Source: a plasmid. From it: a DNA stretch of 64,000 bases. A program made the translations under genes and the position numbers. Below, in pieces: positions 28,988-39,155 of this stretch. The stretch lies in the sequence record NZ_CP028352.1. One strand, 5' to 3'. Every line of letters starts with the position of its first letter. Position 1 is the stretch's first letter. The notes below the pieces were generated by a model that was not told the origin of the DNA, did not search any database, and saw only the letters and a program-made list of their open reading frames with translations.

Positions 28988-29680
28988 TTATCCTGCGTTG
29001 TTAGTAATGGTCTGCGTAACCTCAAGACCGCGTTTTTTAAGGCGCGTGTCAGCCTGCTGGATGCGGAGCGTGAAGATGTAGCGCAGCGGCGGAGTACTGC
29101 TGTTCTGGCCCTGCAGTCGCATGGTCACGGGGTACTGGAACTCCCACGTGTAGCGGCCGCTGATAACTCCACGGCGCGTAATGACGCCGGGTTCTACGGA
29201 GTTGGTCAGGTTCATACGCTTATCCCGGACCAGCGCCAGAATGTTTGATCCGGTGGTCAGCGCCTGGTTGTAACCAACAAAACCTTCCTCGGAGAAATTC
29301 GGCGACACAGCGGTCATCTGGTCACGGTAGTGCACGAAGTCCAGCGTGAACGCCTGACTGATGGTGTCAGCGCCGAACTGGCGCACGTCGCTTTCACTCC
29401 AGACTGGCTTGTCCGTCGCGTAGACGGTCGTGATACGTCCGCCCTCAGTGGCGATGTACTCCCGCGGCACGTTGATATACATGAAGATCAGAACGCCGAT
29501 GCTAATGGCCTGTAAGACGTTGAGGATAAGGCTCCAGCCAAGCTTCTTCAGGCAGTTACGTGCAAAGTCTGCGCCCAGAGACCGCTCATGCTGTGCCTGC
29601 ACCGCGTGTTCGTAGGCATTAGCATCTGTTATAGCCACGACCGCCGCCTCTGGTGGCGCGGCGGGTTGAGGGTTTTGCAT
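28988..29680 (-). CDS. traM: TraM/DotI(IcmL)-like membrane protein, 230 aa
   Basis: One TM helix; size matches R64 TraM. Confidence 0.5.
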   Translation of the reverse strand: MQNPQPAAPPEAAVVAITDANAYEHAVQAQHERSLGADFARNCLKKLGWSLILNVLQAISIGVLIFMYINVPREYIATEGGRITTVYATDKPVWSESDVRQFGADTISQAFTLDFVHYRDQMTAVSPNFSEEGFVGYNQALTTGSNILALVRDKRMNLTNSVEPGVITRRGVISGRYTWEFQYPVTMRLQGQNSSTPPLRYIFTLRIQQADTRLKKRGLEVTQTITNNAG

Positions 29681-29690
29681 GGGGGGCTCC

Positions 29691-30041
29691 TTACAGGCCG
29701 TATGACTGCCATGGGTCGATGCTGGTCGGCAGATTGCTGTTGATTTTGTCCGTCAGCGCCCCGCAGACCTTCTCTGACGCCTGGTTCATGATGTCCTGCA
29801 GACTTGGCAGATTAGGCAAGCTGATGGAGATATTGCGGATACCGGATAGACAGTTCTGCAACTGATCCGAGGTCTGGCTCTCACGTGCAGACCATGCATC
29901 ATTCGCCTTTTTCGCGGCGTTGTATCCTGCTTCACTGCCGGCCTGCGCGGCAGTTCCGGCACGGCAGGTCGCGGCATCAGCACCAAAAATTGTGCAGCAT
30001 AAAAAGACCGCCACGAGGGCGGTCGATGTGTTCAGTTTCAT
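29691..30041 (-). CDS. Small secreted protein, 116 aa (TraL position)
   Basis: Signal peptide MKLNTSTALVAVFLCCTIFGADA. Confidence 0.4.
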   Translation of the reverse strand: MKLNTSTALVAVFLCCTIFGADAATCRAGTAAQAGSEAGYNAAKKANDAWSARESQTSDQLQNCLSGIRNISISLPNLPSLQDIMNQASEKVCGALTDKINSNLPTSIDPWQSYGL

Positions 30042-30063
30042 GTGAAATCTCCGGTTGGATCGA

Positions 30064-33000
30064 TTACTGGGCCGGCCGCGGCGGCGTAGCCGGTACTGCC
30101 TGTGGTGCTGCTGCCGGCTGCTCCTTTACCCAGCCGGACTCTGCCTTATAGCGTTCGTCATAGCCGAGGCGGGCGTGGAGCGCGGCGGGCACATCCGCTG
30201 GCGAATCCAGCTTTGCGATGCGCTGCTGCGTGTCGCCGGTGAACCTTACTACCACGTGCTCACGCGGAACCGGCTGACCGTTTGAACGGTTAATACCATT
30301 GCCGCTGCCGATAGGCTGTGCCCCTTCCGGCGTTAGCAGATTCACCACCATCGGCGGAGCCTCCGTGCTACCTGGAAGACTGACCAGCACGTGCTGATAG
30401 GTGCCGTTCTGCCGCACCACCCCCTGTAAGTAATCACCGTCTCCCTGCACCAGAAGCAGATCCGGGCGGCCGTCTTCACCCCATGAGGACATGACTGGTA
30501 CACCAGCACGGTCGTTATGGGCAGGACGTGGTGCCGACAGTGGATCACCGGGCTGACTGCTCCCCTGTCCGTCCGGCCGGAACCAGTACAGCCCATCTGC
30601 GGGCTTTGGTGGCGCATCAATATTGATGTCGAGACGACTTACCAGCGTATGCTGGATCTGTGTGTACCGATTTACATCTACGGCTGCCAGCGGCACTAAA
30701 TCATCAGCACCGGTCTGAACGCGTGAGCCGCCAGCTGGCGACAGAGACCACCGATTTCGGTGAGTGTTCTCGTTTTCATAATGGGTGACGACACCCTCTT
30801 CATTTTTCCTGGGTACCTTAATGGTGACTGGTTGCTTACCCTGCCACTGGAGCGTGACCATACGGCCGGTCTTCAGATTTGTCTCGCGCAGCAGGCCAGC
30901 AAGCTCTTTGCCCCAGAACGTTTGCGGGCCCTCTTTTGTGCGCAGGGTGATAAAGGTACTTTCGCTGGCATCAGGTTCAAAGCGGAACGGAGCCTGTCCG
31001 AAGGCAGTAACTTTACCGGTGACCGGCTCGCGGGCTTTTTCCGCAGGGGTGTGAACCGCCGGTGAGATTTTCGGCGCAGCAGGCTCAGAGGCGGGTACAG
31101 AATTCTGCTGCTGTGAGCCTGTCATGGGCGCGGAGTTTTTCACAGGCACATCGGCATGCGCCGCCGGACCATGCTGAGTGATCGGCGGTGCCTCATAAGT
31201 GCGTGGTACCTGTTGGTCGCCGCGTACCGCATCTGCCGGAGCGGCAGGACTCACGGGCTGACCCGCTGCACGTCGTGCTGCATCCAGTTCTGCCTGCTGA
31301 CTGGCATTCTTCATGCTCACGTCCAGCTTGTTGGCCACGATGACGTCGATCGCAAATGCTTTGAACTCGTCGCTGCCAGTGAGCTCTATGCGACCGTGGT
31401 ATTGGTGCGCAGCTGTAAGAAGCGCGGCCAGCACTTTTTCCTCATGCGAACTGGTGCCTTCGGCCATCACCAGGCGATTGCCGTGGTCGATAAACGCGGG
31501 CTCGCCATCCAGCTTGTACAGGACGCTTTTGCCGTCCGGGTGTTTCTCGTGAGTGACGCGGCTCAGCAGCTTATCGGCATCGATACGTGCCGACTTCGAC
31601 CCGGAAGAGGCGGGCGCATCTTCATCCTGAGCCGCCACGCGAGGCGCGCCGACCAGGATGGCATTTTCTGCGCCAAAACCGGAGGTTAGTGGGTTGCCCG
31701 GCGAGGCGTCAGGCTGCGGAGCATCCTCTGCAGCCGCCTGCGCCACTTCTTCATGTGCAAGTTCTGGCGTGCGGGCGGCGCGTTCAGGTCTGGCATCAGC
31801 CTCTGCCGTTTGAGAAGAGACGTCCGATACAGCAGAAGCAACAGGGGCTGAAACCGATGGAGCTTGTGTCGCCTGCTCAGATGCTATGGCGGATACCACT
31901 GGCATTTCGGATGCCGTTGCAGCTATCGCTGCATTAGGCTGCGGGTCCGTCACATTTGCTTTTATCATCGATGTCACCGGCTCAGTCCCGATGGCCATGG
32001 ATGGTGTGACGACGGCGGACGGGGCCGGCACTGCCTCAGGCTCCGGAGATAGCGCGTCAGAGGATGTGACCGTTACTGAAAGCGGTGCCGGTGAGGCCGC
32101 GTCGGATGGGGCTGGTAGTGCGCCCAGGTTCGCAAAGGCCCCCTCTGCTGCAGATAGTGCAGCCGGAGTGACTTTGCCGATCTCTGACAGCCGCACTACC
32201 TCATTGCGCAGCACCACCAGGTTGTCCTCAAACTGTGCGCGTGAGACATCACCGCGAACGAGAAGGCTGAGCTGCGCCTCAATGCGTGCTGGGACGGTAG
32301 CAACATCGAGCGAGGCGGCCCCGGGATTGCGGGTTAAATAGTCTCCACGGGGAACCGGTGCGTCCGGCGAGGGCATACCCGCGAGTCCGTCCTGCGTTAC
32401 GCGATCAAACGCACCCTGTACTTCTTCAAGGTGGCTGCTGGCATAGACGCCCTGCGCCTTTGCATCATCGAGCTGTGCCTGAAGCCGCGCCACGTTTTCC
32501 GTCAGAGCCGGCGCCGCCGTTTCACCGCGTGCCAGCGACACAAACTCATCACGCAGGGCCATCTGGATACGAACAAGCGCTGTAGCGTTCGGGTCAGCAG
32601 CAGACGCTGGCGGCAGCTGCGCCGCTATAACCGCCGCGGTTGCCGAATACTGAGCGGCACGCTCAGGGCTCTCCAGTGAAGCCATGCGCTCAAAGACCGC
32701 GCGTGTTTCCTCCTGACGGCCCGGCTTAAAGCGTTGCGGGTCGGCGCGGGTAAACTCGCCGTAAAGCATCCGCACCTCACGATCAAATTGCGCACGTGTC
32801 ACGTCCCCTCGCGCCAGTAGCGCATACTGCTGAGCTACCCTGTCTGGCACGGTGTTAACGTCAAGCGTGCCCCCGGTCGGGTGAAGTGAGCTCCAGGTGT
32901 CGCGCTGGCCAAGAAGGCCACGCAGGCGGCTTAAACCGCCCGTTTCCATGACGTTAGCACCTGCCATTCCACCCTGCGTCACGCGGTCAAAGATCTGCTG

Positions 33001-34845
33001 CATTTCCTTTACGTGTTCACGGGTGTACACGCCGGCTATCAACGCGCTCTCCACGCGTGAACGCAGCGTGCTGATGTCCTGTAGCAGCGTCGCCGGTGAG
33101 ATCTGACCGCTGGCCAGCGCGGCCAGCCTGTCACGTAGCTCGGCGCCAGTGCCGTAGAGACCAGTGAATCCGTTATAAGCGGCGGCGGACGGTGGCGGCA
33201 TCACCGGTGATGCAGGTGATGTCAAAACCTCCGCCTGCGTAACAGCCGGGGCTAACGCTGAAGGTGCAGCCACCGTTGCAGTGACAGGTTGAGCTTCGGC
33301 AGTCGATGCCATGCCAGTCGCAGGCGCCGGGATGTCAGAGTCGCTGACGTTGACGCCAGGCGCCTCTGCAGCCGCAGACGTCTCTGCCGGAGTGGCCGGT
33401 TCGCTCACATTGGAAGCAGGTATGGTGCTGTCCGTTGCTGGCGCATCTGTCTGCTGCGCTTTCAGAATGCGGTACACGCTGGTCTGCCCGATGCCAAGCT
33501 GTTCAGCAATCTGTGCGGGCTTCAGGCCTTGATCGCGCAGCTTAAGAATCTCATCCGTTTTTTCCTTTGCCGCGCCGGGGCGGCGGGCGGGCATGACTTC
33601 TGGTGCGTCCGGGGACACAGCGGGATGATTATCCGGCGCAGGTTGTGCGTCATCAGGTGTGGCCATTGGGGCATCCTTATAATTGAGCTGCTCAAGAGCC
33701 TGAGCAATATCGGGAAGCAGCGTTTCGCGCAGGCGCTCAGCGCCACGGAAAAGGTGCAAATCGTTGAAGTCTGTAAAGCCGCGTTCGATTTCGGCGGCCG
33801 TCAGGTCTGGCAGCAGAACCACGCCTCCGGTGGCGGCTGCAGCTCGGTTTGCCGACAGTACGCCTTTGTTTTTTTCTTTTGCATGATCAACATCGGCCAT
33901 AAACAGGTGAGGGCTGTCGGGATACCGAACTTTAAGCACGTTGGCCACTGCCTCCATGTTCCCGGCATCGATAGTCATCACAACTGGCCGGCCGGTAACC
34001 ATATAAAGGCTGCGCGCTGTGGCGTAACCTTCGGCGTACAGAATGGGTTCACCGTTGCGCAGTTCGCCGCCCTCCACGCGAAAATGTCCGGCTTTGGGTG
34101 CGTCCTTAAACAGATATTTTTCGCCGTCAGGCGGAATGTACTGCAGCGTCCGGAAAGTACCGTCAGCATCATGGAATGGCACAACCAGTGCCCCATTGCG
34201 TGTCTGCCTGACGTCGTCAGCAACCGTAATGCCTTTGCGTACCAGATAACTGTGCGCCGGGTCGGCTGCAGGTAGCCTGTCATACAGCGATTGCGCTTTT
34301 GCGGTCTGTTGCGCATATAGCGCAGCCTGCTCGCGAGCAAAATCATCTTGTGACTGGCGCATCACCGCACGGATGTGCACGCGCGCCAGAGGATCGGCTT
34401 CGCCCGTGCTGCCACTGGCCTTCCAGCGAGTAATATCCTTATCGTTATCAGCGCGCTGGTAATTGATGTACCAACCGCCAGGTTTGATGCCATCAAGGAA
34501 GCCCCGGTAAACGCCATCGCGATTGCCTTTTTTTCCGTCTACAACCGGCACCCGGTGGCGCTGTCCATCCATCACCGGCAGGCCATCCAGCACCAGACCA
34601 GCGCTGGTCAGCGCATCGAAAAATTCTGAATGAGGATCACCGCCGCCGCTGCTCCGGATGCTACGGTCTGGCAGCCATTTCTGAAGCCGGTCCAGGTCGG
34701 CACCCGGGCGGGCATACCAGAGCTGCGCCTCCTTATTCCAGGCAATAGCGCTGCGCCCGTCCGGGTGCGTACCTGCATCGGCGCGCGCGGCGTCGCGCTG
34801 ATCCGGTAAAACGGCAAGCCATACCGCATAGTCCGCTGTTTTCAT
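30064..34845 (-). CDS. sog: Sog-like conjugative DNA primase, 1593 aa
   Basis: N-terminal TOPRIM/primase region (AEGYATARSL...FMADVDH); HTH (LRDQGLKPAQIAEQLGIGQTSVYRILK); long Ala/Pro/Ser-rich low-complexity core with an internal duplicated segment (...FDRVTQGGMAG... and ...FDRVTQDGLAG...). Confidence 0.75.
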   Translation of the reverse strand: MKTADYAVWLAVLPDQRDAARADAGTHPDGRSAIAWNKEAQLWYARPGADLDRLQKWLPDRSIRSSGGGDPHSEFFDALTSAGLVLDGLPVMDGQRHRVPVVDGKKGNRDGVYRGFLDGIKPGGWYINYQRADNDKDITRWKASGSTGEADPLARVHIRAVMRQSQDDFAREQAALYAQQTAKAQSLYDRLPAADPAHSYLVRKGITVADDVRQTRNGALVVPFHDADGTFRTLQYIPPDGEKYLFKDAPKAGHFRVEGGELRNGEPILYAEGYATARSLYMVTGRPVVMTIDAGNMEAVANVLKVRYPDSPHLFMADVDHAKEKNKGVLSANRAAAATGGVVLLPDLTAAEIERGFTDFNDLHLFRGAERLRETLLPDIAQALEQLNYKDAPMATPDDAQPAPDNHPAVSPDAPEVMPARRPGAAKEKTDEILKLRDQGLKPAQIAEQLGIGQTSVYRILKAQQTDAPATDSTIPASNVSEPATPAETSAAAEAPGVNVSDSDIPAPATGMASTAEAQPVTATVAAPSALAPAVTQAEVLTSPASPVMPPPSAAAYNGFTGLYGTGAELRDRLAALASGQISPATLLQDISTLRSRVESALIAGVYTREHVKEMQQIFDRVTQGGMAGANVMETGGLSRLRGLLGQRDTWSSLHPTGGTLDVNTVPDRVAQQYALLARGDVTRAQFDREVRMLYGEFTRADPQRFKPGRQEETRAVFERMASLESPERAAQYSATAAVIAAQLPPASAADPNATALVRIQMALRDEFVSLARGETAAPALTENVARLQAQLDDAKAQGVYASSHLEEVQGAFDRVTQDGLAGMPSPDAPVPRGDYLTRNPGAASLDVATVPARIEAQLSLLVRGDVSRAQFEDNLVVLRNEVVRLSEIGKVTPAALSAAEGAFANLGALPAPSDAASPAPLSVTVTSSDALSPEPEAVPAPSAVVTPSMAIGTEPVTSMIKANVTDPQPNAAIAATASEMPVVSAIASEQATQAPSVSAPVASAVSDVSSQTAEADARPERAARTPELAHEEVAQAAAEDAPQPDASPGNPLTSGFGAENAILVGAPRVAAQDEDAPASSGSKSARIDADKLLSRVTHEKHPDGKSVLYKLDGEPAFIDHGNRLVMAEGTSSHEEKVLAALLTAAHQYHGRIELTGSDEFKAFAIDVIVANKLDVSMKNASQQAELDAARRAAGQPVSPAAPADAVRGDQQVPRTYEAPPITQHGPAAHADVPVKNSAPMTGSQQQNSVPASEPAAPKISPAVHTPAEKAREPVTGKVTAFGQAPFRFEPDASESTFITLRTKEGPQTFWGKELAGLLRETNLKTGRMVTLQWQGKQPVTIKVPRKNEEGVVTHYENENTHRNRWSLSPAGGSRVQTGADDLVPLAAVDVNRYTQIQHTLVSRLDINIDAPPKPADGLYWFRPDGQGSSQPGDPLSAPRPAHNDRAGVPVMSSWGEDGRPDLLLVQGDGDYLQGVVRQNGTYQHVLVSLPGSTEAPPMVVNLLTPEGAQPIGSGNGINRSNGQPVPREHVVVRFTGDTQQRIAKLDSPADVPAALHARLGYDERYKAESGWVKEQPAAAPQAVPATPPRPAQ

Positions 34846-34875
34846 AAAACCTCCTGTGACGCTGTGTCAGGACGG

Positions 34876-35166
34876 CTATTCACCGTCGGTGAACCGGCGA
34901 TACCACCACGGCCGGCCGCTCAGACTTTTGCCACGCGCAAGGCGAGCCAGGCGCGTAAGCAGTTCGGTGACGCCCCAGCCAAACATCTTCAGCACGCGGA
35001 ATACGGCGATGATGCCGCTCACGATGTAGAGGGTGTTCATGCACGGAAAGCGGAACCAGAAGAGATAAAGCAGAAACAACCAGGCGGGAATACCAACGAA
35101 GTCCAGAGCGCTGCCGGCGCGTCGCCAGAAACCTGGCGGATAGTCCTCTTTTCTGAACGCACTCAT
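34876..35166 (-). CDS. traK: TraK/IcmT-like small membrane protein, 96 aa
   Basis: Two TM helices; ATGA overlap with traJ. Confidence 0.5.
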   Translation of the reverse strand: MSAFRKEDYPPGFWRRAGSALDFVGIPAWLFLLYLFWFRFPCMNTLYIVSGIIAVFRVLKMFGWGVTELLTRLARLARGKSLSGRPWWYRRFTDGE

Positions 35167-36329
35167 GCGGTGCCCTCCTCAAACTCACGGCGCTGGCGCG
35201 GCGACATCACTACGGCCAGTTCGGATTCCGAGATACGACGCTCTCGGTACAGCTGCCAGGCTTGATCAACGATGCGGCGCTTCTCCAGTCGGATAATCTT
35301 GTTAATGTGCTGCCCCCACTGCGACCAGGGCATTTCAGCGAGCTTTTCACGAAGGTAATAGTCAATCAGGATGTACTCACGCACCGCTACACGCTTACCG
35401 TCGGTGGTGCGCAGTAGTGTTTGCACCACCACGTACTGCAGCACGCCCAGCAGTGACCATGCCATGGCGTCGCGGCTCTCGTGCGGGAACTCATTGATGA
35501 GGCGCGGAAACGCCTCACCCGGCGAATCAATGTGCGTAGTGGATAGCATAAGATGACCGAGCTGGCCGGCGCGGATGCCAGCATCAATGGTCTCGCGGTC
35601 GCGCATTTCGCCTACACCGATGACCGACGGTGCTCGTCGCAGATCTGCGCGGATACCGGTGGCAAAATCGGGAATGTCTTTACCCACTTGCGACTGCAGT
35701 GGCGGCAGCACGTCGTCCGGACGCCCCAGAATGAACTCAATCGGGTCCTCCTTGGTGGTGACCTTACGATCAGGATCCGTATCCAGGCAGTAGCGGTAGG
35801 TTGAGGCCAGCGACGTACTCTTGCCCGAACCCGTAATGCCACCCCATAGCCCCACGCCCTTAGCCGGCAGGAGGTTTGTCATCAGTTCCCGCTCCAGCCC
35901 AAGACTTTCCAGCGGCGGAATGTCTGAGGGGATAACACGCAGCGTCCAGGCAATGGTACTGTCCTGGCGCCCCGCCGTGCCCTGTAGCAGGTTCACACGA
36001 AAGCGGACGCGCTCGCCGCGCTTCAGCCCCCAACGCCCGTTCATGTCGCCGTCGAGTTGCATGGCGCGGTCGACTGGTACCCCGCCCCGCACCTGCGGCC
36101 GCAGCTCCGGAGAAAATACCTCGTCCATGAGCTTGGCCATGGTGTCGTCCGCAACGAGGAAGGGACTTGCCTTAAGCAGGCGGCCGTAACGGCCGACTAC
36201 AAAGTGGTTATCGCCCTGAAGATGGATGTCACTCACACCGTTATGCGCGCACCACACCATAAAGCCACGCAGCGTGTCGGCATTGAGTCCGCCGCTGAAG
36301 TCGTAAAGTTTCAAATCCGAATCAGACAT
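35163..36329 (-). CDS. traJ: TraJ/DotB-like PilT-family ATPase, 388 aa
   Basis: Walker A GITGSGKSTS; size 382-like. Confidence 0.8.
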   Translation of the reverse strand: MSDSDLKLYDFSGGLNADTLRGFMVWCAHNGVSDIHLQGDNHFVVGRYGRLLKASPFLVADDTMAKLMDEVFSPELRPQVRGGVPVDRAMQLDGDMNGRWGLKRGERVRFRVNLLQGTAGRQDSTIAWTLRVIPSDIPPLESLGLERELMTNLLPAKGVGLWGGITGSGKSTSLASTYRYCLDTDPDRKVTTKEDPIEFILGRPDDVLPPLQSQVGKDIPDFATGIRADLRRAPSVIGVGEMRDRETIDAGIRAGQLGHLMLSTTHIDSPGEAFPRLINEFPHESRDAMAWSLLGVLQYVVVQTLLRTTDGKRVAVREYILIDYYLREKLAEMPWSQWGQHINKIIRLEKRRIVDQAWQLYRERRISESELAVVMSPRQRREFEEGTA

Positions 36330-37153
36330 CAGCGCTTCTCCGTATTAATGACCGGTTTCCACTTCGCCTTATCAGTGACAAAGCCCGCTCGGGATTCCAG
36401 ACGGCGCTCGCGATCGCCGGTCGTAAGTTTGTTGCTGTCACCAGTGACCGTTTGCTGACGCTCAGTCACGACCGGCGCACTGATAAGATTTTGTCGACGC
36501 AGCAGCACATACTGCAGCATGCCGTTGTAGTCACGCGTCAGGCGGTTAACGTTGGCCTCCAGCGTCTCGTCTGCGCTCTGCCGTCCTTCAGTCCACCCTT
36601 CGTTAACTGCTGCCTGCCAGATATCGCGCTGTACGCCGTTCTCCGGAACAAGTCCGCCCTCCGGTTCGTCCGGCGGTACGGTGCTGAGTCCGGCCATCAG
36701 CCAGCCGCGCCACGTCGGCGGATTGCTGACGAAGCGCTCGGGCTGGATGATTTCGTACACGTGGCTTGCAGTACGTATCTGGTCGGGGGTGACGTGTGCC
36801 ACGTCCACCGCCTCTGTGATGACCGGTGGCAACCAGCCGCGGGCACTGATTAGCGGACGAAAGTCATAGGTGGCGTCCAGCTGCTTTGCGCGTGCCTCCA
36901 GGTCACGGCGTAGCTCCCACGCGCGCTGTGCCTTGCCCCCGCGAAACCCGGTTGTACGCCCGCCCTCTGTCAGCATCTGCCGGCGGTTATCGGAGACATC
37001 AGACGTGTCGCGCTTCTGCGGCGACAGGTAGGCTTCCGGCCCCGGAGGCGGTGCGCCGTCTGGCCCGGATGCGGGTACAGTCTTTGTGAAGTGAAATCCC
37101 GCGCAGCCTGCCAGCAGCGCGGGCAACAGCAGGACGCAGAGTCGGGCTTTCAT
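36329..37153 (-). CDS. traI: TraI/DotC-like lipoprotein, 274 aa
   Basis: Lipobox LLAGC. Confidence 0.55.
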   Translation of the reverse strand: MKARLCVLLLPALLAGCAGFHFTKTVPASGPDGAPPPGPEAYLSPQKRDTSDVSDNRRQMLTEGGRTTGFRGGKAQRAWELRRDLEARAKQLDATYDFRPLISARGWLPPVITEAVDVAHVTPDQIRTASHVYEIIQPERFVSNPPTWRGWLMAGLSTVPPDEPEGGLVPENGVQRDIWQAAVNEGWTEGRQSADETLEANVNRLTRDYNGMLQYVLLRRQNLISAPVVTERQQTVTGDSNKLTTGDRERRLESRAGFVTDKAKWKPVINTEKR

Positions 37154-37647
37154 CGGCAGCCCCCCTTTTTATGGCGTACCGGCTCAGCTGGCAGCGAAGA
37201 CATGAACTGCAGCACCATCTGTCCGGGATACGTCACGAGCGTTGCGCGCCAGGCGGTCTGCATTTCAATCATGCGCAGCACATTCGCGTAGGTAACATCC
37301 TGTACTTCAATGTCTACAGGCAGAGGCAGCCGCACGCCGATATAACTGAAAGCCTGTCCCCGCGCACGAGCCAGACTACTCAGCAGCTCTACAGCATCAC
37401 CGTTCCAGCTGAGCGTCACGCGATCGCTATCAGCTCGGATGGCTGCAACCGGAAATGGCGAGGCCTCTGACATATCGCCTTCCAACCAGAGGCGCTGCAG
37501 CTGAAGATCAACCCGGGGTTTTGCATAGGGAGCAGGGCGGGATTGTTCCGCTTGCTTAACATCTCTGCCGTCATGGTTACCGATAGCGGACTGACAGCCA
37601 GACAGCAGAAAAGCGCCCAGGCAGGCTGAGTAAATTGATAATTTCAT
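37150..37647 (-). CDS. traH: TraH/DotD-like lipoprotein, 165 aa
   Basis: Lipobox FLLSGC. Confidence 0.5.
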   Translation of the reverse strand: MKLSIYSACLGAFLLSGCQSAIGNHDGRDVKQAEQSRPAPYAKPRVDLQLQRLWLEGDMSEASPFPVAAIRADSDRVTLSWNGDAVELLSSLARARGQAFSYIGVRLPLPVDIEVQDVTYANVLRMIEMQTAWRATLVTYPGQMVLQFMSSLPAEPVRHKKGGCR

Positions 37648-37760
37648 ATTGATTCCGGAGAGGTTAGATTTGCGCGAAGCGCATTCGCCGTTATGGAACT
37701 CAGCGGCAGTGCGGGAAGTGCATTAGATTAGTGTCTGGAACGACACATCAGTTGGCCGGT

Positions 37761-39155
37761 TTACTCACAAATGGCATAGCTTGTTGAGCGGATCATCTGC
37801 TCTTTTGTTGAGTCACAATATGCAAACCAGGACGCGTCACCTGAAGGTATTGATGTTACAAGCCATACGGTTCCCTGATTGGTAATACTCTCGCAATTCC
37901 CGCCGCCACCCACAACTTTCTTTGGTGCCGGACATGTTGCTGTTGCCGCCGAAAATCGTTTGGTTATGGTTGACGCTGAAACAATATCTTTTGAGGTAAC
38001 GGAGCTCTGCCAGACACCCGACTGACAGGCCAGAAGGGCACCCGTTGCATCATGACTTATTGCCCCCAACTGGCCACAACCCGCACCCACTGTGTTCACC
38101 TGATCCTGACTAAGGACACCACCTGCAGAAACATCGCCGTCGGAGCGCAGACTGCCTGCCTTCATCTGTCCGCCGGTATAAATATTTTTGTTATTTACCG
38201 ACCTTACCCAATCATTGTCAGACATATAAAACCCGCCGCCGTGGGATTCGTTAAGCCAGCCTTTATCTCCACGAGTAATTATCCAGCCGTTGTTGCTACG
38301 GATATCGTTATTGGCGGTGATACCGTTGTTCGCATTAACGTTATTTCCGGCATTAACATCGCCGTTAGCAGTGACATTTCCATTGGCGGTTACTGAACCG
38401 CCAGCGGTAACGTTGCTGCCGGCAGAAACCTGCCCGGTAAAAGTACCCGTTGCTGCGTTGACTGTGCCGCCGCTGTTAATGTTGTTGCCGTTCATGTCGA
38501 TAGCAGTGTGCATGCGGTTCAGGTCTGGCCGTCCATTAACTTGATAACGATACAGCCTGTCGCTTTCATCTGCGTCGGTACCCAATGCATCAGCGGAAAG
38601 GAAAGCTGCAAGATGTCCCTGCTGCCCGCTCAGCCCGTAGTCACTTAGTCTTGCCTGCCACCCGCCATCGACACCCACGACTGTGTTAGCTGGCCACACG
38701 TATCCGCCCATTCCACCAGTGTCCGCTGCTATCTGACGCAGACCTTTGAAAGGAATTTCGCTGCCGCCAGTCGTCAATACGAACGCGACCAGCTGACCTG
38801 ATTGTCCCGGGTCTCTGGCCACCGATAATTGATAAGTCTGATTGCTATCGTTAGTCAGCGAGAAGCCTGCCGGAAGATAGCCCTGCGAGCGCAGGGTGGC
38901 GCCAGTAACGATGACCGGGCCGCCCGCGACTTGCGTCAGCAGCTTGTCACGGTTATCGCGCACGTATCGCTTACCAGCCTGCGCCACGAAGCTCAGGTGA
39001 GAGGCCGTCCCGGTCCAGACTTTTTCCTGTTGCATGCCGGCGTAGCGGTCTATCGCACCCGGTGTGATAAAAAGAACGATGGCCATCACGATGCCGAGTT
39101 GAAGCAGCATGTTGCCGCGGTGTACCGCACGCGGCTTACGTTTCAGTAATTTCAT
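37761..39155 (-). CDS. pilV: PilV-like type IV (thin) pilus tip adhesin/minor pilin, about 464 aa
   Basis: Prepilin leader MKLLKRKPRAVHRGNMLLQLGIVMAIVLFI; Gly/Asn-rich repeats of the form GNVTANG; start overlaps the pilU stop (ATGA). Confidence 0.7.
   Translation of the reverse strand: MKLLKRKPRAVHRGNMLLQLGIVMAIVLFITPGAIDRYAGMQQEKVWTGTASHLSFVAQAGKRYVRDNRDKLLTQVAGGPVIVTGATLRSQGYLPAGFSLTNDSNQTYQLSVARDPGQSGQLVAFVLTTGGSEIPFKGLRQIAADTGGMGGYVWPANTVVGVDGGWQARLSDYGLSGQQGHLAAFLSADALGTDADESDRLYRYQVNGRPDLNRMHTAIDMNGNNINSGGTVNAATGTFTGQVSAGSNVTAGGSVTANGNVTANGDVNAGNNVNANNGITANNDIRSNNGWIITRGDKGWLNESHGGGFYMSDNDWVRSVNNKNIYTGGQMKAGSLRSDGDVSAGGVLSQDQVNTVGAGCGQLGAISHDATGALLACQSGVWQSSVTSKDIVSASTITKRFSAATATCPAPKKVVGGGGNCESITNQGTVWLVTSIPSGDASWFAYCDSTKEQMIRSTSYAICE

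Noticed and set aside
33289-34275. 328-aa plus-strand ORF, plus many other plus-strand ORFs of 60-240 aa across 9-48 kb
   Set aside because: They lie antisense to long, well-supported minus-strand genes (sog, traU, trbC, pil genes) in high-GC DNA, where stop codons are scarce. They have no motifs and no RBS context, so they are treated as artefacts.
37648-37760. Shufflon sfx repeats or an rci remnant downstream of pilV
   Set aside because: Only about 110 bp are present and no recombinase ORF exists. I could not identify a 19-bp sfx-like repeat.
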